DNA of 64,000 nucleotides from Octopus sinensis (lineage: Eukaryota), in contig NC_042997.1 in NCBI RefSeq assembly GCF_006345805.1, positions 189,038,001-189,102,000 of the forward strand. Reading direction: 5' to 3'. Below are positions 50,516 to 60,000 of this stretch, one piece after another (position 1 is the first letter of the stretch; the number at the start of each line of letters is the position of its first letter). Below the pieces are notes generated by a model, which did no database searches, was not told the DNA's origin, and was given only the letters and a program-made list of their open reading frames with translations. The translations under genes were made by a program, and so were the position numbers.

Positions 50516-53500
50516 GATGCAATCAATAAATTGTTGCCATTTTATAGTTTTAATTTTGTGCATGTACATTGTTTGTTTTTGATTTTGTCTACTACACAGT
50601 ATAGTAGGATCAGTTGGGCACAGTACTTATTCTTTTGGTATCTTTTGCTGGACCTCTCAGGTTTAGATTAGTGGTAACATCCTAGTAGGCTAAGTTTCTC
50701 ACATAGATTTGTCACATTTATTCTTGTGATTCTTATGTCCTTGAGGAAAATGTGTTATCCACAACCAATTTAAATGTTAAGACTTTTTGCATGTTTGATG
50801 AAAGCAATTGAAAAGTGCTTTTGTGAGCATTCATTTGCTATAATAGGATTATAATAAATTATATTTGGAGATACTGATATTGAGGAGAAAAAAAAAAGAA
50901 GAGAAAAATAAACATTGTCAAAGATAATTATAGCCTAAGATAAGAAGAGTAATGTGCCTTGCTAAATAGCAGCCTTTGATTCTTAACTCATTACCATTGT
51001 ACTTCTTATAACATATTCTTTTACTAGCTCCAGTCAGTGGACTGCATTCATGCTGGGGATTTTTACTAGAAAAGCTCTTAGTTGATTATAGCAATCACAG
51101 ATTTTAGTCAAGCACTTATTTTATCAGCTTTGAAAGTGAACAGTAGGCCAAGTCAGTATGGTGCAAAGGGACATAATCAAGGCAAATCAAATACTGCAAG
51201 GTATTTTTTATTTAGTTCTCTGATTTTGCACTCTCACTCTGTACATACATCAATGACTGATGCATCTGGATACATCTTCAGTGATGTGCCTAGTATCTTC
51301 GAGTGTTTCGAGTCTTACAACATCATACACCCTCCTCCAGGTGACCCAGGTGGGGCTGATCAGACCCCAGCTTGTGTCCAGATGGCCAGTTAGCTAACTC
51401 ATGGCTCTCCTCTTTTGATCTACACCCTTCTTGAGGCCCCCTTTGCTGCATCAGTGGTACTGCAGATGGTCTTCTTCACTCCTTCAATGCCCAAACTGTG
51501 GAAGGCTCTGGTCAGGGAATGGGCTGCAAAACCCCTGTATCCAACCTCCACTGGGAGACACCTTGCTCTTAAGGACTTGGGCATGCCTCCAGCAGTACCG
51601 TCCTTCACCATGTGCCCCTGTGCAGCATCTGAGGATGTGTTCCAGGGTTCCTCGTTTGAAATACAATGCACATGGTGGTGTCTCTGCTATACTCCATGTG
51701 TACAGGTTTGATGGGTTTGGAAGCACATCGTACACTGCCTGGATGAGGAATTTAATGTGTGAGGTTTGGCTTTCCACAGCTCAGCCCAGGTCACTTTCCT
51801 CTTGGCCACATTCTCTCATCTTGTCCAGGCTCTCGGTTGCTTCATTTCCACTGCCTCACATGTTCTCATTTCCTCCACTGCAGCTCTCACCTCCTCGTGA
51901 ACAAGGCGGTGCCCTTCTTTCCCACTGGTGTTCGTTTGAGGAGTTGGAAAGTAGCCTAGCCCAGCTCTGCCTTGTGTGACCACTCCTACAATTCTCCTTT
52001 TGGTGCAGCCTTGCCTCTGCCTCTTGAACTGCATCCTCTGCTCTTCACTTCCTGTCAGTCCTCACTTGGATCCCTGCTTTAGCCACCTTCAGATCACAAG
52101 AGTTCCTGTACTGGACCACTTCTCTGGATCTTGTCACCTTGAATTCCTCTTCCAATGATTTGAAGGGCAACTGCAGTTTGGTGTTGTTGCTGTAAAGCGT
52201 GATGCTGCTCAGGCTCCTTGGTAATCCAAGCCATCTCCAGAGGTGGTTGCTGACCCTCCTCTCTCAGGTCTCTACTGTTGAGATGGGGATTGCATAGACA
52301 AGGAGGGACCACAGGATCCTGGGAAGAATGCTGTGTTGGTAGACCCAGGCTTTGAACTTCCTAGGTAGGCCTGACTTGTCCACGGATTTCAGCCAGCCAT
52401 CCAACTCAGTGCAGGCTGACTGGATAGATGTAGTATCTCTCAATGAGCTGTTGAAAACCTTGCCCAAGCTCTTGACTGACTTCTCTGTGATTGCTGGAAT
52501 GGCTAACTTCTTGATCCCAAAACTATGCATGCGCACACATATATATTCATTTGCATAAATGCTTATGACTGGCTTTTACTGATCCCATTTACCAAATTCT
52601 ATTCAAAAGTCTTTTGTTGACTTGAAGCTATGGTAGAGAAAAATACCGAGTGTCACACAGTGGACTTTAAGATGGGAACATGAGGTTGTGAAGCAAACAT
52701 TTTAATTATACACTAAAGTATATAAGTTCAAATATTTTTGTATGAAGATTCATTTTTCTGTTTCTAGTCATTCAGGTTTCATTCCTTGTAATATTTTATT
52801 ATTTATAGAATATTCCTATAATTATACACAACAACAACAACAACAGCCACAAGAATCTATGTATAACTATCAAGAAGAAACAGATGGACTTCAGAATTCA
52901 AATTATCCCCAGAACGAGCCTGATAGTAGAATCCATGCCCCTCAAGGTAAGACATTGTTTTTTTTTTTTTTTTTTATCCTTTAATAATCAGAATCCATTT
53001 ATTGTGTTGGCACAATAGCAAATTCTTGTGTTTAAAATGTTAGCTGAGAGAGAAGAGGCACTTAAGCTTTTGTATGGTATGGTCTTCTTGACGGGTGTCA
53101 GTAATGTACTTGACTGTCAGTTTGAAAAACTGGAGGTCAACATCTGTTGGTAAAATGTGGGAGAGTTGGGATTCTCGAGGGTGGTGAGAATGGTTAATAA
53201 AAAAAAATGCTCTGTGCAGAATCTGGCAGGTAAAGCATAGTAGGTAGGTTGGGTAGATTGAGAAGACCTGGATGTTTCTCAGAGTTTTATGTGTATGCGT
53301 GTGTTTGTGTGTGTCTTTGTCTTGACATCACATGATGGTTGTAAATAACCATCACCATCATACAAATGATGTTGCTCATTTTTAGTCTTCAGTGAAAAAC
53401 ATGTCTGGCTATGGAAACATATTACCTTGTTTAGAATCAGCTGAACATTGGCAATAGGAAAGGTATCTAGTCAAAGAAAATCTGCTTAGTAAATTTACAT

Positions 53501-56500
53501 CTGACCCATGCAAGCATGGAAAATGGATGTTAAAAATGATGATGATACATATTGCCAAATTTGCAAGCCAAAGATGAAGCTTTTCTCTATATTTGATGCA
53601 AAAAAAGAATTGAAATCCTTAGTTATTGTTTTTTTTTTTTACTGTTTCACATTTGTTTTTCCATACTAGCATGATTTGTATACAGTTTTTATAGATTTGG
53701 ACATCTGCTTGCTTTCAAAGCTATGATTTTTATTGTTGATTGCTTTTCCTAATACTATCATTTGAGTGAAGTTGTTGCCAGTGCTGCTGGACTGGCTCCT
53801 GTGCAGGTGGCATGTAAAAAGCACCATTTGAGCATAGCTGTTGCCAGTACCGCCTGGCTGGCCCTTGTGCCAGTGGCACATGAAAGCACCCACTGCATTC
53901 TCAGAGGAGTTGGCGTTAGGAAGGGCATCCAGCTGTAGAAACTCTGCCAGATCAGATTGGAGCCTGGTGCAGCCATCTGGTTCGCCAGCCCTCAGTCAAA
54001 TCATCCAACCCATGCTATTATGGAAAGCGGACGTTAAACGGTGATGATGATGATAACTATTAAAATCTAAATTGAGAAGTAAGTTTGAAAGTGACGTCTG
54101 TCAGACAGACTGACACAATCAGAGTTGTATTTGTATTCATTACTATGTCTTCAGCAGTCAGATGCCTCAACCACACAACTGTCATCTCTAAAATTTCTAA
54201 TGCTACCTTATTTAGTCTTCTATGCAAAATAAATGTGAAACAGTCAGAAAGTGAAAATAAATTAAAAGATTTTTTTTTGTTGTAAAAGGTTAGGAAAAAA
54301 AAAATCACTGAGAGATTCTTTATGATAATCTATTTGTTTCTGATGTTTTTATAGAGACAGTTGGATCTGATGCCCATCTTGGAGCTGGAAATATTACAAG
54401 TGATAATCAAGCATTTGGCAGTCAAGAACAGCAGGTTTCAGCCATATCTGGGACACAGTCTTGGGAAAAGCCTTTACATCCACCCCAAGCTCAAAATCTA
54501 ACCCAAGGATCTAATTCACATTCTGAAGAAGGAGTATCTGGAGATCAAGTAGGTTCTTCAACAACAGACACAACTAATTCTGAAGGAGGTGGATTTGATT
54601 ATTTTGGAAGCAGTACACACAAGGTGAGCAACCAGTTGTAGTATTTACGAAAATGAACTATTCCACTCCTCAAATGAGACAGCATTAGCAATTGATGGCA
54701 TCTCAGTATTAAGATTTCCTTTTTTTTTTTAATTTTATTAAAGTATTATAATAATGGGTTGTTTTCAAATTATTATCATCTGGGTAATTTTGTGGAATAT
54801 ATTTTAATTTTTAACTTCTCCAAAAGCTTGCAGATGTATTGCGATGTTTTATTATATTCAAAGATTTTGGCGCTTTGTTGTATTCTGCAAATCATTGTGA
54901 CTTTTAAAAATTCAGTTGAGAAGTATTTTCTCAGACATGGCGATTATATTATCTTAGATGAATAACAACTTTGTCTCTGTTATAAAACTTGTTTACGTGT
55001 ATTCTAAAATTTTATGGAAATATTTTATTTTAGAAAAGTATATCAAATTGTAAATAAATAAGCAAATTCTTCAGAAACCTTGTTCGCGTTTTTCATGGCC
55101 TTGATTATTTTATAAAAGATAAAATTACTGCATTACTAATAAATGATTTCTGATATGGGATACACTGGTTATGTATATATATATATGTCAATAAGAAGAA
55201 AAGATTTGCTTGTAAGGCTAATGACTTAGTTGATGTTACATGAACTTTTGATGTTATAACAGTTCTGAGATTAAACAGAGCGTGCAACCTTTTAATCCTT
55301 CATTTGTGGATAAAATTGTTTCTTAAATATATTTGCTTATAAAGATATTTTCAATAATAATAGAGTAGAATGAGGAGCAGATAAAATGCATTGCTACTCC
55401 TATGCAGAAAAATGTTATATAATTTTTTTCCTGTGACCCTAGAGAAGCAAAACAATTTAATTATTTATTATTCAATTACATCCAAAAGTAAAGTTGAAGC
55501 AAAACTTTTGTTGATACCTTATAGAGAAGGAGAACAGCAAATCTTTGATAATGTAACTGTTGCACTGTCAAAGAACTCTACTAAAAATGTTAGTAGGTTT
55601 AGCTGAAGTGCATATTATATTTATTTAGATTTATAGTATTGGAGAATGTATCTTTTTTTTTTGTGCTGTTTAGTATAGTTATCTTTTTTTCAAATGTTCA
55701 ACTTAAATTTCCATACATTCAGTTATACTGTTTATCTTTAAAGAGTATGAAGTTAATTATTTATATTTCTTTTGCTTTTGGATTTGATGTTATAACCTTT
55801 AAAATTGTGTTTATAATTAACCTTCCAGTTAGTTAATTAATTATAGCTTAAAAATGTGGTTACTTAAGTAAGGAATTAGCTTATTCTTTTGAGGAAAGCT
55901 TGTTTGTACAACATGGTTGATGATACAATAAGCAATGTATTATCTGAAGTCCACTGATTATCATCAAGATGGTGGTATGATGTATCATCATTGTTTAAAG
56001 TTGGAGATAGATAGAGAGAGAGAAAGACATACACACACACACAGAAGTACAGTTTGAGGCTGAAATCAATAGAAGCTGTAAAGGAAAGAGAGTTCTATTA
56101 GAAGAGCTTCTAATTTCAGAATCAACATGGATATTTCATTAGAATTTAGCAGAGAAACAAACTGATGCTAAATGTTTGTGTGAAAATGATGAAGAATTTA
56201 GTAAAGTAATTTTGTCATTATTAAGCTGGTGTTTGGAACATCAATTAACATAATATTTTGAAAAAAAGCTTTTCATTTAGATCACTTTAATACAGGAAAT
56301 TTGTGCCATAGAACCAGGCATGGTCTTCAGATTGCTTGGTATCAAAAGGGTTATAGCAGAAGAACTTTCTCACCTGAACTTTTTTACAAATGGAACTGTC
56401 AGAAAGTTTGTCCCTGTGATAGTAACTTAATGTTATTATTTGATGAATTTCATTTACCCAGGTGCAAAATAGAACATGAATTTATAATCTATTTTGCACT

Positions 56501-57040
56501 GATGAGCTGGCAGAAACGTTAGCATGCCAGGTGAAATGCTTAGTAGTATTTCGTCTGTCGTTACATTCTGAGCTCAAATTCCACCAAGGTTGACTTTGCC
56601 TTTCATCCTTTTGGGGTTGATAAATTAAGTGCCAGTTACACACTGGGGTCGATGGGATCGACTTAATCCCTTTGTCTGACCTTGTTTGTCCCCTTTATGT
56701 TTAGCCCCTTATGGGCAATAAAGAAATAAGAACATGAAATTGTGAAAAAGTTTTACTGATCTAAATATATGCAATGACTAAGAGCAATTCTAAGTATGTG
56801 TATATCTGTTGGCCTAAATGTTTTGATATGATCAAAGTGATGAACATGCATTGCTTGTAACATAGGGTCAGTAAAAGGAAATTTTCAACTTTGAATTGAG
56901 TAACATTTTTGAACACAACATTTTTGCTCAAGAACACAACACACTGCTCAGTCTGGGAATCAAACTCACTACTTCATGATTGTGAGCCCGATGCTCTAAC
57001 CACTGAGCCATGCTCCTTTATGTGTGTGTGTGTGTGTAAT

Positions 57041-57071
<31 letters not shown>

Positions 57072-60000
57072 ATATGTATGTGTTTATATGTGTGCATTTT
57101 ATATATCTATATACATAAATATGTAATGTATATCTATATATACAAATGTGTAACTTCTGGTCATTATCCAATTTTTATTGGAGATATTATATGTAAAGAT
57201 CATTAAAACCCTTTTGTACCTGTATTTTTAACAAAGATATAGTGACTTTTTCAATTAAATTTCAAAAAGAATCTGGAATCTAGCTTGGCTCAGTACTCCT
57301 TACATCATCATCATTTTACATCAATTTTTCTGCGCTGGCAAGAATGGATGGTCTACACCAATGCAATATCTCAGCACTTATTGCTGTCATTTGCCACTCC
57401 TTTCGTAAAATTCAGCATCCTGAGATCAGAATCCACTACTATGTTTCATGTTTTCCTTGGATTTCCTTTTCCAAGCTCTTTCCACCTGGTTCTTTACTAA
57501 ATTGTTATTTTTGGCACGTAAAAAGCACCATCCGATTGTGGCCATTTGCCAGCCTCGTCTGGCACCTGTTCCGGTGGCACATAAAAAACACCCACTACAC
57601 TCACGGAGTGGTTGGCGTTAGGAAGGGCATCCAGCCGTAGAAACATTGCCAGATCAGACTGGGCCTGGTGCAGCCTTCTGGCTTCCCAGACCCCAGTTGA
57701 ACCGTCCAACCCATGGAAAGCAGATGCTAAATGATGATCATGATGATGATCTGTATCAAAGCAGTCATCTTCTTGCATCATTAATTCCTCTATTTAATTT
57801 ATGAGAAAACTTTGGTGGTGTGTGGAACACATCTTACACAAAGTATTGTAATAGTAAATCTAAAATTTTCGAACTGAAAAAAAAAAAAAAAATCTTCTCA
57901 GTTACTATTGACTAAAAACATACTCATTTACTAAGATTATATTTGTGTTGATGTAAATGTAAATAAAAGTCAGTGTTTCAGCTGTTTGGATGAGGTTCGT
58001 AATCTGAAGAATTATCTTATGTAGTATGATAGACTGGTCTTTTATTCTTTTACTTGTTTCAGTCATTTGACTGTGGCCATGCTGGAGCACTGCCTTTAGT
58101 CGAGCAAATCGACCCCAGGACTTATTCTTTGTAAGCCTAGTACTTATTCTATCGGTCTCTTTTTGTCGAACCGTTAAAATACGGGGACGTAAACACACCT
58201 GCATTGGTTGTCAAGCGACGTTGGGGAGGACAAACACAAACACACAAACATATACACATACATACATATATATATATATATCAAGTGAAAAAATGGTATG
58301 GACGATTTGTTTTGGAGTCTAATAATACCATGTACGCCTATATATATATACATATATGCGACGGGCTTCTTTCAGTTTCCGTCTACCAAATCCACTCACA
58401 AGGCTTTGGTCGGCCCGAGGCTATAGTAGAAGACACTTGCCCAAGGTGCAACACAGTGAGACTGAACCCGGAACCATGTGGTTGGTAAGCAAGCTACTTA
58501 CCACACAGCCACTCCTACGCTTTGAGATCAAAAGGATCCATCAGTGGATGAGCTGCTATATCAAGAGAAGAAAGAACAGTATTGATGATGCTTTTTTTAC
58601 CGCCAAAAGCATTAATAGCATAAGTAAACTGAGTGTTGGTTGATAATTGAAGCTGCATTGGAAGTTTAGTGTCTAATCAAAGGCACTTGATATATTCTAT
58701 ATATTTAGCATTAAATAGAGTTTTATTTAGAATGGTGAAAATGATGACACCTTATAGAGTTGTACAAAGACACAAAATAAACTACACTGTTTTCTAGTTT
58801 GGAACTGTGCTCTCTGTTCAGCCTTGAAGAGATGGGCTGTTTCTGGTGCATGTGTATATGTTGGGGCATTTTGCATTGGCTTTCCCATCCAAGTTTTTAA
58901 TGTTTGATGTGTCTGATGGTGTTACAGCAAGATGGCATTGCAAATTTCACGGCATGATGGATAATTTGTAATAATGTTATACAGCAATAGAGGATCCACT
59001 GGAAAATAAACTTGAATTATTTTATGTGATTCAAACTGATAAGAGCTGCACAAGCCAATGTTTTTATTTTTGTAGCTGGTTTTCCATGACTGGATGCTGT
59101 TTCTTTAACCAACAGTAGAACTATTACCTTGTCACCCGAAGAACCTTTTTTTTTTGTTTTTTAAAGCTTGTAACGCAATGAACTACATCTAAAGCACCCA
59201 GCATTTCCTTTCTCCATACTGATTGTTATCATTTACTTGATAAAATGCCACAAATTTTAAAGAAATTATTAGTATGACTATTATTTAAGAAAAGAGAAAT
59301 TAAAATATGAAATGACAATAGGTGTTAATGAAAGAAATATAAACGAGAATTCTTAACTCTGTGAAAAGCTTCATACAAGAGCAAAACTTTTTCCATTAAA
59401 CTTTTTAATTTTTTTCTTAATTAGTCTCAAAATTTATACATAAGAATTTGATGTTGAAGCAATTGCTTTTACAATTGGATGAAATAAGTATTACAGTTAT
59501 TGTGGAAGTGATATGTAGTTACTTGAGCTAGCTAGAGTAATCTACCTTGTTGATACAAAAGATGCATAACCTGGATTATTGCTGGTTGACCTGGCATATC
59601 AGTTTCTTATAAATATTACTTTTCAATCATTGTATTATTAATAATGAAGTATTAACATGAGGCTTTCTGAAAAGATTTATAGTATTTGAAAGACCTATTC
59701 AACTTTAACTAATTTGGAAATGCTGATTTTAAATGAATCAGTTTTTTTCTCTCTACAACTTTTTATGTTGTACTGTCTTATAACAAAGAGATCATTTTCT
59801 TTTCTCACAACTCCAAGATGAAATATTTAGAATAATACTTTATTTTTACAATACTTTGAAACCTATAGAGGCTTATTAATGTTGAAAAGGTGTTTCACTT
59901 GCCTACATGGAAAAAGATCTGTTGGACTGTTCCTGCTAGCTTTGTTTGAGCAAATCTATTATCTAAAAGAAGACTTAGAGACCATATACAAACTCATGAT

